DNA of 62,456 nt, filler included, from Choristocarpus tenellus KU-1152 (lineage: Eukaryota > Protista > Phaeophyceae): NCBI GenBank assembly GCA_964200185.2. It is 7 parts of 7 records of this genome, joined end to end, with 100 filler letters (N's around TTAATTAATTAA, not from the genome) between each part and the next. Parts side by side here need not be neighbours in the genome. Positions count along the whole stretch, not along the records: positions 1 to 17,004 come from CAXNAD020000736.1; 6 more parts are not named here. One strand, 5' to 3'. Numbering within the stretch: position 1 is the first letter of the stretch; each line of letters begins with the position of its first letter. Made by a program: the position numbers and the translations under genes. Below are positions 1-14,230 of the stretch, piece by piece. The notes beneath the pieces are model-generated. The model was not told the origin of the DNA. It saw only the letters and a list, made by a program, of their open reading frames with translations, and did no database searches.

Positions 1-185
1 ATATCATCCAACCACCTGTTTATGGTGCTTGTCCTATAATTCAGCCCCTTGGTGGCCATCTTCATTGTCACCTGATGCACTGTGGATGACCGATTATCGG
101 AGTTGATATTATGTATCGTGGCCATCTTGGTCGGTGTGAGCTCCGCAGGTCGCCCACTATGTGCCACCACCCCTAGGTCAAGCGT

Positions 186-3130
186 GTGGCCACGGGCGAG
201 CTGATTGGCGACATCCTCCCAGAGCCCTCGCATATAATGCTTGGGCAATCCAAACTCCGCTGCAAGGACAGACCTAACATGTTGCGGCAGTTTATGCTCA
301 CCAGGAACAATCGCGAGGGTGCGCCGCACTGCAAGCGCAACCCTGGTATTCAGGGACACTTGGGCACTCTTCCTATGCGGGGGGGTTGAGGGGGGTTGAC
401 ATGCCGACGTTCTGACCCTCGATGTGCCCAGTTCTGGCCTCAAAATCATCCCAAAAGATCCCTACTTTGACGACTTGAAGCACCTCGAGTTTGTACCTGA
501 TGATTCTCGAACCCTACCTTTTCTGGGAGCTGAGATTATCAAACCAATTTAGTTCTGTGAGGTTGTCGTCCGATTTGGCACCATTCTCGCTCGGCCAGCC
601 CAGATGTTTTGCAACACAGACCTATGGTACAGAGGTAGTAGTATTATTTTTATTTATTACTATGCCACCTCTCATATTTTGTAGATGTGTTATGGAAAAG
701 TCATTCAATATCATAAGGACCGTTTTCAAATTAACAGTTGTCAACATATTGTACTATATATCGTGAACATTTTTATTAAGTCATACCTCGCCACTTAGAA
801 AACCCTACTTGTTGATATGACACATCTGCAAAATGTCAGAGGACAAAAAAGTATAAAATTGTTCCTCTCTTCCCGCTTAGACCATTTTGTAACTCCTCCT
901 CACCTGGCACACTCCACCAGGGAACAAGCAGGCAACACCTCACCATGGACGCTGGAGAAGAAAATGGAGGTAGCAGACTCGGCAGGAGCCACTGACTTCT
1001 TTGAAGGGGTATGTGAAAATGGGCCTCTTCACCTGAAAACATACGAACAAGTACAGGCACAGATGCCCACAAGTTCAGGGGGGTTGGGCCTATCCTCTAT
1101 GAAGCATCGCCAGCATGAAGCCTTCTTTGCAGGATCACTGGTGACCACTTTCCCTACCCTTTTAGCAAGGTAACAAGGGCCTCATGGAGAGTCTTTCTCA
1201 CAAGCCATCTGTATGAGCCTCACAGTTAGGGCCTTGGGATCATCCATCCACGCCTCTTCTTGACAGGAGTACCTTCAGAAGACTTGGCGAGAAAAATTGG
1301 CCAAGGGTGGGTAGCCTGGGGGGGGAACAAGAACCTCTATACCTACCCCAGAGGTCCGCACTCTAGCAGCCCATGATGCCAGGATCACAAGGAGGGTACA
1401 ACATGAGATTTCCCGCCTCCTGAACAGGATCCGATTCAACTCTTGTCAGACGCAATTGGCCAACCTACCAGACGATGCAGAACAAAGAAGTGAAAGTTCT
1501 TTGCTAGCCCTGGCCTGTTATGTTGAGAAGCTTTTGGCATATGTAAGGCTCGTCGCTGAAAGCAAGTAGTTGAGCTATATGGTAAAGCAAACACTGAATA
1601 TTAATTATCCATTGAGTATTGTCCACTGAGTGTCCAACCTCACTATATACTACTATTGTCCCACTATACCACCCGTAATGGTCCATTGGCCCACCATAAC
1701 GTACAGTTGTGCATGTCACTACTTCGTACTGTACCGAACTAAAGATAATCGTATATGAAACCCATGTTATATACTTGCACTAGGACAGACAACACAAGGA
1801 TAATACTAGGTTATCCGACATGCCACTGGAGCCAGTGTGGACAAGGGGAAAATGCATGGGCCTCCACACAACCTCTGGAACCAGCACGCCAGATCTCTCC
1901 CATAGAGTTTAGACTCACTGCAGATCCCTAGGGTGGGAGGAGGCCCTACTATCTAACAGGTGCCCAGTGGCTGGGTGGAGGAGGTATAATTGTTACAGCG
2001 CGCCCCAGAACTCACCTCCATAGGATGTGTAACTCAAATCCAACGACCTTGAAACGACGCTACGGGGACGTTGCCCCTGGTAACAGTTTGTTGGCTGTCA
2101 GGCAGTCTTTTCTCTCGATACTCCACTCAGTGTTTAGCTCAAAGCTGGACTCATTGTTTCGTTCAAGATAAAAAACTGTTTTAAGAGGGGTGATGGTTTT
2201 GACCAAAAGCCCTTTCATTATTTTCATCATCCACCCAATTTCTTTGGTCTTCTATGCAACTGCTATATGGGTCCTCCAATCATAAACTTCATTTCTGTAA
2301 CTTCTTAGGAACTTTGACGTTTTCTTCTGTAATGTTACGTATGCATTATGAATCTTACTCTGTATCTTCTACGAAATCAGCATTATATTCTGTGAGACTA
2401 TCTAGGTGTTACTAATCTCGTATACCTTTCGCGCTTGTTAGAACGCGAGAAACAATGCTCGCACTATTCGCCTGTAACATGATGTGGACACTAGACATGC
2501 TCATACCTGTCCTAGGGCAGGGGGACAGGTCCGCCAACACACACCGATGGTGAAGCGTCTAGTTCAACTCTGCAAAGGAATGACCATCACTTGCACTATG
2601 GAGGACGGTAGCACATTCACAGTGGAGAGGAATTTCCGCATGGGTGTGGTCCTCTATACTGGGGCACTTGTGGACGCCGGATCAGCTCCTTACTGGGACT
2701 AAGTCCTCCTCGTAGATGTTATGTTTGCAGAAGTGCAAGCAGTTTCCCATCCACCCCACTCATTCACCAGCAATGGTGTAACTACTGCTACAGCTGAGGC
2801 GCGAAAGCACATCCACCACGAGGTATACGTTAACCCTCGTAGTTTTAACCTCAACACCTTCACGGTGGAAAGTTTTGGGCGACTCAGTAAACAAGCAGGG
2901 AGTTTTCTGGATGAGTTGGGCTATGCACGCGGTAGGGGGGAGAGGGGTTGGAAGCTACAGTAGGAAATGAGCTGTCAAATCCCGTTTACGACAGATAGTG
3001 CCTGTCGTAACACAAGTGGTTCTATCAAGATGTGTCATGCGTTTTAAGCTGGAGACACCAGGGAGATTGGCAAGGAGGGGCCTGTCAGATTCTTGGGATG
3101 CTTCCCTAGCTCCTCACCCTGTGATGTAGG
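186..3130 (+). mobile_element. Decayed non-LTR retrotransposon with restriction-like endonuclease (CRE/R2-like RLE type), interrupted by insertions
   Basis: Frameshifted fragments in the expected order: RT end/thumb (GIQGHLGTLP; LFLSSRLDHF; GGLGLSS..HEAFFAGS), zinc knuckle (RCPV...DTRHAHTCP..GQVRQH), RLE core (RM[G]V..., LLVDV, AEARKH..Y, FTVESFGRL). Many stops. Confidence 0.7.
1991..2479. mobile_element. Solo LTR inserted in the non-LTR element
   Basis: 8-bp inverted termini TGTTACAG...CTGTAACA and a near-identical 4-bp flank (TAAT 1987-1990 / TGAT 2480-2483). Removing it rejoins the zinc-knuckle region. A related end (TGTTACAGGCGAATAG) starts at 18258 in the opposite orientation. Confidence 0.65.
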
Positions 3131-3606
3131 GCTAAGCTAGGTTGGATGCATAAAAGGGGAGTGATGTAGCATAGGTGGTGGTCAAATAGTGATAAGGTTT
3201 TAGAGATCTTTCACATTTACGGCAACTGTTCTTCAGAGAGGTTCTTTTGATATTGAATTGGCTATTCGTCTGACACATCTGAAAAATGCGAGAGAGGAAA
3301 ATATCACTCTCTATATATTTATAAATCTGACATTTGCTTTATTATTTTGAGGAGGTTACTGCTTTCATTCTTCAAGTGAAGTAACTATGGTAACAAACAC
3401 AATTACTCCTGTTGTTTGTTTTTGGGAAATCGGAGATCTACTCTATTAACTTTCTGGTTTCTGACTATAGGGTGAACCAGGTACATGAACGACGCATACG
3501 CTTACGCCAACACGAGGCCCCCCTAGAAAGCGAAAGGGGCATACAGCCGCACAGCCGAGCCAAGAGCTAAGATTTTGGAGGACGGAGTGTGCTCTGGATC
3601 GTTTCA

Positions 3607-6600
3607 ATGTATAGTCCCAAGATAGCTGCTGCGGCGACGGTATTGCTCGGGCTGGTTCCAGCCATACCTGCATGGAATCTCAACTTGAATCCAGGAGGAG
3701 GGAGTCTTCACAACGCGCATGTGTGGAGGACTCAGTACCAAGGATGTCAGGATAAGCGTCTGATGCGATGTAGTCATAGATGTGAGATGAAGGGTCATCG
3801 GTACATCAGGAGTGGAGGGCATACCTGTGAGAGGCAGTTGAACCGACCAGATTCAAGGCCCACCTGTTTAAGAGCGATACACCTTGGTGTGGATAATCAT
3901 GCGCCCCATGAAACAAGGGAGGCACATCCGGCTGTGCCAATTCCCGCTGTAACAAAGAAACTGGCCTCTGAGAAGAAAGTCAGCCCGAAAGGATGGGATT
4001 ACTGGGGATATCGAGCAATCCTCCTCCTTGTGGCAGCAATATGGGGGACTAACTTTCCTGTGGTGCGTTTGCCTGGGAGTGCACGTTGAAATTATGATTC
4101 ATGTACATGCATGCATATTGTGCTCTATATTGATGAGTGTGGTGAAGGTTCTAGGGACTTGACGAAAGTGTCGATCTCGTGGTTGTCAACGTTCTTGTTT
4201 AGTACACTGTTTGCCAAGAGTTGTGTGATATTGACATCCAATTGATACCTAGAGCAGCCAAATAAAGGTAACTGATCGTAAACTTGACTCTTATGTTTCA
4301 GGTCAAGTTAATCGAAAGTCACCCTGAAATCTCCAACGCAACAGCAACCTTCACGCGATTTGCCATCGCTGCGTTAGCCCTGTCGCCACTAACGGACTGG
4401 AGGGAGACGGAGGTAATACTAGCAGGTGTGTATAACATATATTTAAACTCGGATCATGTTCCATGGCCACCTAGATAGGTCGCTACCGCCCATTCTTCTG
4501 ATTTGGTTTGTATGTGTGCATATCCTGAATGATTTAGTAGTCTTGTTTTTCATTTGTCTGTTCCTATGCTTGCATACCTTTACCATGCTGCAAATTTTTT
4601 GGTGCATTCCAGGCATGGAGATTGGTATCTTTGTGGCGATGGGGTATTTAACGCAAGCAATTGGATTGGCTACAACAGATGCATCAGTGTGTGCCTTCCT
4701 CTGCAGCTTGACAGTGGTGAGAATCGACTTTGTGAGGTAGCACTTCCTGTGCCCAAAGTTAACACTTGAATAGCTTGAGCTTGAATAGTGCAATCAAGGC
4801 CAACAGTATCTGTACAATGTGCTGAGTATGCTGGCTCTCCCTGTGCATTGCTGTGCACTTTCTTTCCCTAGCAACATGCTTTATTTGTGATCACTATCAT
4901 ATTGCCAGTATCACCTCATATCCTCCTTACACCCTGATTTTGTATTGTGATTTATCACATTTTTGCGTTGATATCACTATCCCAATTTTGAAACTGAGAT
5001 CTGGATTTGCTTTCTGCTTCAGAATGACTATGGTGATGTACCACCCCAATGTTTATAGTGAAAGTCCCTTACTTTCTTTTCTCTTCTTTGGCTTTGACTA
5101 CTCATCTCCTTAGCCCTCTGTTCAAATTTGCAGGTGTTTGTCCCTTTGATTGAGAGCTTTTCTGGAAAAGCCTTGAAGCCCATTACATTTGTGGCAGCGG
5201 GGCTGGCTTTATTGGGGACAGGTTTCCTGGAACTTGGTGGTGCTGCGCCATCCATAAATGACCTGTGGTGTGTTGCCCAGGCAGTGGGTTTTGGCGTTGC
5301 ATTTACCCGAATAGAGGTGCGACTTGAAGACAAGCAAGTAGTTCACAGGACACAGTTGCTGAATAAAACCAACATTGTGTCTCTTAAAAGTAATATCATA
5401 ACTTGCAATTGAAAATGTGGCACTCTGTGCCCCCCTGTGTTCTAAATGGATTATGAAATATGTTCATTTCCTGAGAGTGACTTGTAGGTATGTTTTCTTT
5501 TCTTACATAAAACATCTTTCATGCACCAGGTCAGTGGATTTTTGCACCTGACACAGGTTCACTCCAGTGGGCAGATAACTTTTTACAGAAGGTTGTGTGC
5601 ATGTTACTAATAAAAGACTGCCTGTGTCACCTCTGGTTACTAATACAAGACTGTGTATCTGTGACACCTCTGGTTTGATGGGTTGTTGTGTTCCAGAGTT
5701 TTCGTTTGTTTGTTGAAGAGGTCCCAATGGATCTGAAGAATTGGTTGTAGACTATTGAGGAGTTTATGAACTTTTGATTTATGGATGACAGACACACGTG
5801 AAAAGAGATCAAGACAGCCAAGCAGAAACGCCATTTAGGTAACACATACCGGCTCGAAATCCTTGTTACACAAAGCAAAATACTTCTCTGACCAGAAAAT
5901 GTCGCAATCCTCTAAGTTGTGTATTGTGTGATTCGAAGTTTGAAGTGTTGAAACAAATCCCCAAAGCTGTGTATGTTTGGGAAAGGTCCCTGCAGCAGTG
6001 TACATACCCCTGCCGATGCAATGGTTGTTTTGATCATAGACTCGAGTTGTGCCAAGACTATCTCCTCTTACACACTCCAAACATATACAAATACTTGCAC
6101 TTTTTTTCAGCACTACATGGAGAAATTTCCTGGGAAGAGTTTGCAGCTGTCGATTGGACAGCTTTTTTCTGTGGCTCTGCTCACTGGTATCTGGTGCATA
6201 CAGTCAAGCTGGGGTCATATTCCTGACTTCAGGTAGGGAGTTCTTGAAGTGCGTATTGTTTTACTTTGGAGAGAGTGAAACTATCTAAGAAGGTCAACTC
6301 TGGGCCTTTTGAGTTGTTTGAGACCCTTTTGAACCTTTTTGCAGCATAGACCATGTCCGTGCCTGAAATGCAATTAATTAAGTCCCTTAGGGAGGTGTGA
6401 CTGTAGAAGAGAAGAATAGCTGTTAGCGCATTGTTTTGTAAAAGCACCCTTCACAGAACTCATATCATATCTACCATAATCTATCAATTCTACCATACTC
6501 TTATCAAATCTACCACAAGGCAGTTACGGGGGGGGCACTTGATACTCAACGATAACCCCCCTCCTATATGTTATCACTCAGATGCCTGTCAATGTTGCAT

Positions 6601-9555
6601 CTCAGGTGCCAAGATTACCAGTAGGAATAATATTTAAATAGGAATAATATTTAAATAGGCTCATGCGATAGGGGGGGGTTCATTCGGAGGCATCCTTTTT
6701 TGGCTCAGTATCAAGTGTACCCCCCTGATTCTTACTACTACTCTTGTGGCTATTGATCCGCTGACAAATCCCTGATGTCGACCTGTAGGGTATGTGGCTA
6801 ATTAACATCTGAGCCGTTGTATGAAACATCTTCAAGGGTAGTGCAGCAGGATGGAAGAACGGGGGGATTGGCACTGTGGATGGTGACACATCTGTGCAAC
6901 CATTAAGATGGTGATGATGTACTCTCTAATTTTTCAGTTGGGTTGTGCTAGTATTAGGTCGGCCAGGGGTGCTTTGGTTCAACTCTTTACCATGGCAGCG
7001 AGAACCAGTACAAGGTCTACTAGTTTGGAAAATGAAGTGGGGAAGTGGCTCATGAATGCGTGAGCTCCTGGCTCCCACTATGGAGTACTCTCTTGACGTC
7101 TATTGTGCATGTCCTTCATACTACATGGGTGTACATGTGTTTGTGAGGTCATTAGGTTGGCCTTTTTGTTGAAGTGCGGGCGTGACTCTTGAGGCTCTGG
7201 TTTAGATCTTGGAAGTGGGTATGTAAGTTTTGTATAACAGGGGTAGGCGTGTGCTTGCGATACCTCGTACCTTGTGTGTGTGCAATTCTAAAGATGTGTT
7301 TGCTCTTGGAAGGGGTGACACCAGCTTGAAGGCAATGGTGCTAGGGAATTTTGTGTCACAGGGGACTTGAGACGAATTTTGTCTGGGATGTAATGTCTTC
7401 CTCAAGAAGTAGAATATCTGGTAGAGTGTGGGTGGTTTCCTAAGGATGTGTGGGCAAGGAACAAGGCCTACTTTGGTACGCCTGAATCATAGAAGTGTAC
7501 CACATACATACTCTTTCAAGTGTAATAGAGATGTGGACCAAACACAGAAATTCCCTTGCGTACAGTGTAACTTTTTTTGTTTAGTGTTCTCGTACGGTAT
7601 GTTGATGCCTCTATCCCTAACCCTACCCCTCTACCCCTGTCCCTGCTTTCTTTGTTGTGCCAATTCAGTTTCCTTCAGGACAAGACAATAGCTGTCGCGC
7701 TGGGGTATACCAGTTTGGTGACCACATCGCTGGCAGTGTGGCTGGAAACAGTGGCGCTTGAGGCTGTGCCAGCATCAGAGATGAGGTGAGCCTGGCGTGT
7801 GCAATCATGGAGAGTGGGTCGGTAGCAGGTATGATGTCTATTATTTCAACAGTGATCAATGCTGCACACCTGATTTGTGGACTACGGCACAGTTTTTCCA
7901 TTGTTGTGTCCAAGAAAATGTTGTACTTGGGAATGAGTTTTATATGTGTGATGATGGTTGTATATGGTAAATGCAAAGGTGGTCTATATCCAGTGCACTG
8001 AGAAGAAGTTGGTGCAGGGTGGTGTCAGGTCTTGGAGGTATCATGCTCCATCTCTTCTGTTTGTGAGATACAACCTGGATTGTGTGTTTTTCATTTCTGG
8101 CATCAATTTGGTCTCTTGGAATCTACATCCCTAATAATTTCATGCGAGGGGGTCGATACTTCCTTGGTTATCTATCAATAGTTGTATGTTGACTGGTGTC
8201 ACAAGTCTCGACAACTTTACAATGTAAACCCAAGATAGATCCAGCCTAGCCAAGTGTGTGCATGTGGTGCTGGGGCAATGAGGCATGCCCTGTGTCACAT
8301 ACATGCATCGGATTGGGGGGGTGATGTGCTTGCATCATTGCACTCCCTCAGCAACATTATACAAACAGCACCCACCACTGTACCCGTGAAGAGCTAGGAA
8401 CCAAAAATGATTTTTTCTACCTGCAGTTGCAGTCGACTCTGCTCTGTCATATTGGTTACTTGCAGTTACCGGTCTGAGTCATAGAGCATTTTGATTGGTC
8501 AGAAGCAAGTGGTGTAACCATGAGAGAGTGGGAACTTTGGGTTGAGGATCTCTCCACTGGAGGAGAATATTTTTCAGGCTGATATGGGAACACGTGTATG
8601 TGTGCTTGTCATCAGGCGTGACAATAGCAGGAGGTTTTGTTAGTGTTTGGGCAGGGATGACATGAGGAATAACTGAACAAATTGGTTGGAAAATATTTGT
8701 TTCTCAGTGTACTTTGATTATGACCACTCGGATGTGGTGGACTGTACTTGGCATGGGTTCACAGGTCTTGATATCTGCAGTGTGAAGTGGTTTTATGTTG
8801 CACAGTATAAGCTGCAAGATACATTCACCAAGATCTTCTTGTAGTTGCAATGTTTACTGCGTTGGATGTGGTTTGGTTGGCCCGACTAGTGTTGTCTCAA
8901 TGTTGATAGGTGTCTATTCTTGCTTTCTAATCTGTTTGGGTGCTATGTATCAGGTGGTATTGGTAGTATTGATACTATTTTTGTACCTCTAGGCTTTCGC
9001 TCTAAAGGTATGTGCTTGTATGGTGCTCTTCAATTTTTGAGCAATTTTGAGACCATGCTGTAAGCGTCGAGTTCCAGTTGATGGGGTTTTAGTTGTGCTG
9101 ATGACCCCGGGGATAACAGTCTGCATCTTGGTCATGATTAGTGCTGCACACTTCAAGAAATGACAAGAGACTAGCTTGCAGAATTACCTAATACCCAATC
9201 CAATTTCCTGCTCTCCCCTTCCCCCCCCCTGATTCTGTGTCAAAATTGACCCTTCATTCATATATTATTGGTACTGCAACAACATCACAGCGTCATCTTC
9301 AGCACAGAGCCGCTCTGGGCAAGTGCAATCTCCAAGATATTCCTCAAAGAAACCTTGGGTAAAAATGCCGTGATTGGGGCCATCTTCATATTTGGTGCCT
9401 GCCTGACTGCACAGGCCCCACAAGTATTGCAAATGCTAGGTCTTGGGAAGGGTGGGGAGGGGGGGTCGTCTCCTGTGGGAGTTGATGCAACATTGTTGAA
9501 TGAGGAGGATGTCTCGGATTATCCCTTGCCTCAAAAGGATGATGTTGTGGGATGA
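3607..9555 (+). CDS. EamA/DMT (drug/metabolite transporter) family protein, 7 exons, 456 aa, probably plastid-targeted
   Basis: Exons 3607-4062, 4302-4425, 4613-4716, 5134-5316, 6111-6232, 7669-7785, 9291-9555; all GT-AG and phase-compatible, 1371 nt with no internal stop. EamA motifs: LLLVAAIWGTNFPVVK, RFAIAALAL, GYLTQAIGL.TTDAS..AFLCSLTVVFVP, VIFSTEPLWA...FLKE.LG. Confidence 0.92.
6527..6727. mobile_element. About 200-bp MITE-like element in EamA intron 5
   Basis: Imperfect inverted ends GGGGGGCACTTGATACT / AGTATCAAGTGTACCCCCC and an internal 17-bp tandem duplication (TAGGAATAATATTTAAA x2). No clear TSD. Confidence 0.45.
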
Positions 9556-12329
9556 TGGTGAGGCAAGAAGGTGGACTTAATCCCCCTTGCTTTAATGTGT
9601 GGTGGACATGGGTGGTAGATTTATTTGTGTCTGATGTATGTGATTTTTAGAAATATCGGCTTCTAGGGCTGTTTTTTAGAAATTGCCGGTAACGTTTGGT
9701 GTGTCTTAAGTTGGTGGGTGGGTAGTGTTTGTCTAGGAGAAAATGATACTTGAAAAATGTCCTATTATGAAAGAAGTTTGATGTGGTTGTGGTGTTGTGT
9801 CCATTTCTACTGTGTTTAATGAGACAATTGGAGGAGAATGCCCGGAAGGGGTTTTGTCTCATTCTTGTACTTTGCATGTTGACTTCTACCGTCTGTGCTT
9901 CTTGCTTATTTTTTATTTTGTTTTTTTGTGTTTGGTGGGATGATTCGCAAAATGTGACGATACATGCTCTACCTATAGAGGTTGAATAGAGCCATCTTCT
10001 AGCAGAATGAAGTATTCCCTCTTTCTGAGTTTTGGTGGCAGTGGGTTTAGCTTTTGAGGTGTTCAGGGATCTGTGCGTAAAGGAATTGGCTAGATTTTAG
10101 GTGCGTGTTGTTCTTTGTGGTGGAAGGGGTGGGGAAGGGAACCAAGAACAGACTCAAAAGAGGACTGTGAAAATGAGGTTGAAGGGGATTTCTGTCCAAA
10201 TCGTATCGTAGAACTTGGGCATCGAGGAGGTGCTTTTTCCTCCAGGCTGCAGCACTTCTTACGCTTGTACCTATGGCAGTAAGCACCAAGAACCGAACCA
10301 TTATGCATTCAAGGATCTAACACACAAGATGAGAAACTTACTTAGTATAAGAGCTCATGTCTGAAGAAATGTAATGCTATGGCCTTCTCATGTCTTTTGT
10401 ATTGTTTCTTAGGTTTTGGTGCCACCAGTACCTGTTAAAATCAAAGGTTTGGTTATGTCTTGAATACAGTGATTCACTCTGGTCTGAGTAGAAGGCTGCA
10501 TTGAAATCTTGGTGGTGAGCGAGTCTTGTTGACGGTATACACAAGAAAAATGCGCAATTCCACTTGGACAACATACAATCCAAGGTTGCTATACTATGAC
10601 ATGCCTAAAACTTCAAGACGTCCATAGCATGCACTAGTTTTGTATGCCATGTAACACTCCATCCAGATGAATACAAATTCCATGTTATCATGTTGTCTTC
10701 CATACATACCGCACTTGAGAGGAAAACATATGTATCTCGTATTAGCCCCCGCTGAAATCTTGTACATGTCCTGCATTTTTTGTTGGAGGGACTGTATCGT
10801 CCCGCAAAATTTGAGATGAGAACACAAGATGACTTTTGTTACGCTTCATATCACTCAAGTTAAATGCACGTACGACAATTGATTGATGTGTGTCTTCATC
10901 ACATCTATCAAACAAAATATCAATGTACGATGTGTATCTAAAACCTTGCATTATTATGGGAAGCGTCCCTTACAAAGACCCAAACACAACTCACCACTGT
11001 GCATGCGTAATATATACGACGTAAAACAGAGCGAATGTTGTCCATCTCTTTTGTTGGTGCATTGCCAGTACTGTTTCTCATCCTTGCACACACTCAGGTT
11101 AATGACTATTAAGAAAATAGAACGTAGGAGTATGAATAGAACCACGTACGAACGAGTAATGTTTCTTTATTACAACTTACATGCACAACTTCGGTAGGCT
11201 GTAACTGATGACCATTAACTGCCCTGCTCTAATCTGTAACGTGCATCTGATTCATGTTGCGCCTCGTATGCTCTGCATGTCGCGCGGTTGCTCGCGCTAA
11301 GAGCGCGCGCCTCCCACTCGAAATGCTTGTTGGATTCTAGAAACACTTCTTTTGCTTACTCTATCTGACCAGGTTTCCACCTACTATTTGTAACATCTGG
11401 GAATTGCCCAATCTTCAGTCTCATATGCCTGCTCTCTGTCTAGAATGTAGGCCGCTAGGAATAGTAGAAATTCGGAAGGTTCCATTGGCAGAGAGGTACA
11501 GCCTTACGTTAAATTTTACTACGAACTGCACAACCAAGTATTACACACACACACACACACATTTGATTTTGACATTTTGCAGATATGTCAGGGGAAAAAC
11601 CAATGAAAACTATCCACATGTCAGGAAAGCCCCCCAAAAAGTAACACTTATCATATATGTGAAAAATGTTGATCTATTTGCTACTTTACGATCATCAGCT
11701 ATGCTGCACCACTGCCTTCCTGTGCCTCCAACCTAGCTATTCCTGGACCCCAGGGCGAGGAGCTAGAGAAGCATCCCAAGAATCTATCAAGTACCTCCTT
11801 ACCCATCTCTCTGGTGTCTCCAGCTTAAAACGGATGACACATCTAAACAGGGCATATATATACATACGTATCTTAGACAGTTTCTTGGTTCTACCGTTCT
11901 ACCAACATAGATAGGTACCAATATCTCACATAACACCAATCACAACATGTTTGTCGAACAATTAATGTTATACTTAAGTTGTGTGTGCTGATACAAGCAT
12001 ATAACACTGTTTCATGTATGTTTATCATTAGCTTGGTAAAATATAAAGTATTAACATACATAATGGTAAGATGAGTCAGTCTTTGGTCATATGACAGTGA
12101 TAATGGATGACTAAATCAGAAGGTTGACGGATAATTAATAAATCAGTGTATGTTCACTATGTAAGCCACCAACAGCTTCTGGCGATGAGCCTTTCTTGTG
12201 CGAAGTTATTCAACATGCCTAAGCGCCTTGACCAACATACTCTATCTCGAGGAGACGCAGCTGGAGTTGGGGTGGTTTTGGATTGTGAACTGCACTCATG
12301 GCCTTTGATGGGTTGTATATCAAACTTCT

Positions 12330-12600
12330 CCAACTGACAGGCTAGTTCACCACAACACGTTCCTTCTTGGACACAAAAGGTGATATTGATGATGCACTAG
12401 AGGAAAGGGAGGACCCTATCAGAGTGGGCGACATTAACTTCATCAAGGGGGAGGATGTGAGTGAAGATGGGGTGGTCAAGGTCAAAAAGGCATAAAACGT
12501 TTAGCCAAGGAGTACCACTGGCTTATACAGGTTCATTGTTCACAATGCAGCGTCACCATCGGAGGGTTGGAGGCAATTGAGGGAACGCCAAAAGGGAGGA
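12330..12600 (+). mobile_element. Copia-type gag fragment (degenerate)
   Basis: DDALEEREDPIRVGD...VKKA* ...HNAASPSEGWRQLRER resembles the Copia gag S-P-x-E-A-W-x-x-L region; stops and frameshifts present. Confidence 0.4.
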
Positions 12601-13832
12601 TGATATACCCTCCTATTTTGTTCCCGTTGGGGCCCATGACAGGATAATCTAGGCTGAATATACATGATGTAGTATTTATTCCTTAGGCCCTTCAGGTGTG
12701 CTTTCACCTGAGTCGAAGAAAAAACGTGCACCCCTAGATATCAACATATAGTTGAGTAAATCGGTTTGAATTTAGATAGTTTCATCATGGGACCTAAAAA
12801 CTATAAACTTTCCGGACAAGGGCCAAAGTTATGCAAGAATTTCTAACATGTCGATTGTCTAAAGGAAAACATCTGCAATGTGGACCAGGCACACCGCCCG
12901 TGATCAAAGTGATGAGGGTAGCCTAAGGGCTGCCAGGCATGTAAGTACATGGTTCCCCCCGAGAAATACACTGATGCTGTAGTTGTCTATCCTAATTTTT
13001 ATAATCAAGAGAATCACCTGACCGATTAACTCTGCTAGTACAGATTAATCGGCTTCTCATTACCTGGTACCTCCTCTTTAATAGAACTATTCTCCAGGGA
13101 CGTGGAATATTGCCCACTCACTGTCGGTAGGGAGAATTTCGATAGAGTTTTGCTCAACCCATGACGCACAGAATGTTTGCCATGCGCACTTTCCCCACAC
13201 AGCAATTAACGAGGGAGCACAATGCCTGACGGACATTTGTAGTGCTAAGATACCAACACCCTACCAAGACCAAGTAGCATACGTGATGTGACCCTCTCTG
13301 ACCGACAGGGTCATGTAGCTCTGGCCATCAGCTGTGACGGTGAATGAGGGCCACCTGGTGACCGCACACTGGGGGAAAGATGTGAATGTGTGGCTGCTGT
13401 CCGCTTTATCTTCCAGGACACCGGACAAGAGGCATTGGCCTTCTTCCATGTCACGGACCTGTGCATCACGGATTTGCACCATACAACAAAGGTATGGCTG
13501 GATGGATTTCCCACTTTCTTGTCTCCAATCAAGCGTGTGAAGACCACCGCTGCGATATCTTTAGTGTACAGTTCCCCCTGCTGGAAGTGTACAAATACCT
13601 TTCGTCAGGTGTCCGATAAGACAAAGAGGGTGATGTCCCACATGACATCCATCCCCGAATTTGCACCCTCGTTCATAATCAGAGCTACGTAATAACCATG
13701 TCGGACCAAGACTCTCCCATCACATATGCTTGATGCAGTACTGTTAAGTTGACCCTACAGATCTCCGTGAGGCATTGTCATTGTGGATTGCTGCGTAAGG
13801 TAGGCGGATGCGACAATTGCAACAATTGCATA

Positions 13833-14230
13833 CTAATATTTCACATTTTTTGTTGTTAAACTGTGTACTTGAGTGGGGCTCCTTGTCATGTGATGTCTCA
13901 CTGAAATGGTACACGAACTGTTGTGAAATGAAAGACGGATTGCACCGAAGGCCTGCATAACACTATTGTCAAGCAGAATTTTATCGGGACCAAGTTGGGG
14001 AATCACTAAAGCTTCAACTGGAAATGTGGTGTCACCAAGTGTAAGTGCAAAACAAATAAATGCACGGATATATATGCATTGGTGAACCATTTGCTGTACG
14101 TAGATTTATTGCACCAGGTGGGACAGGATGCATATCAAAACGTTTCAGTTGAGGGTGATTGCGAACAAATATTTCTGAAATACATGGTACATCACTACTA
14201 GCTGTGTCAATAGTCAAGTCATTTTCTTCC
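13833..14230 (-). mobile_element. Ty3/Gypsy-like aspartic protease remnant
   Basis: LTIDTASSDVPCISE..F...NLRTANGSPM...GDTTFPVEALVIPQLGPDKILLDN split over two frames; retropepsin-like DT(A)S and ILL motifs. Confidence 0.55.

Noticed and set aside
10047-10950. Possible Cys-rich minus-strand gene downstream of EamA
   Set aside because: Multiple stops, no consistent exon chain and no motif I can name.
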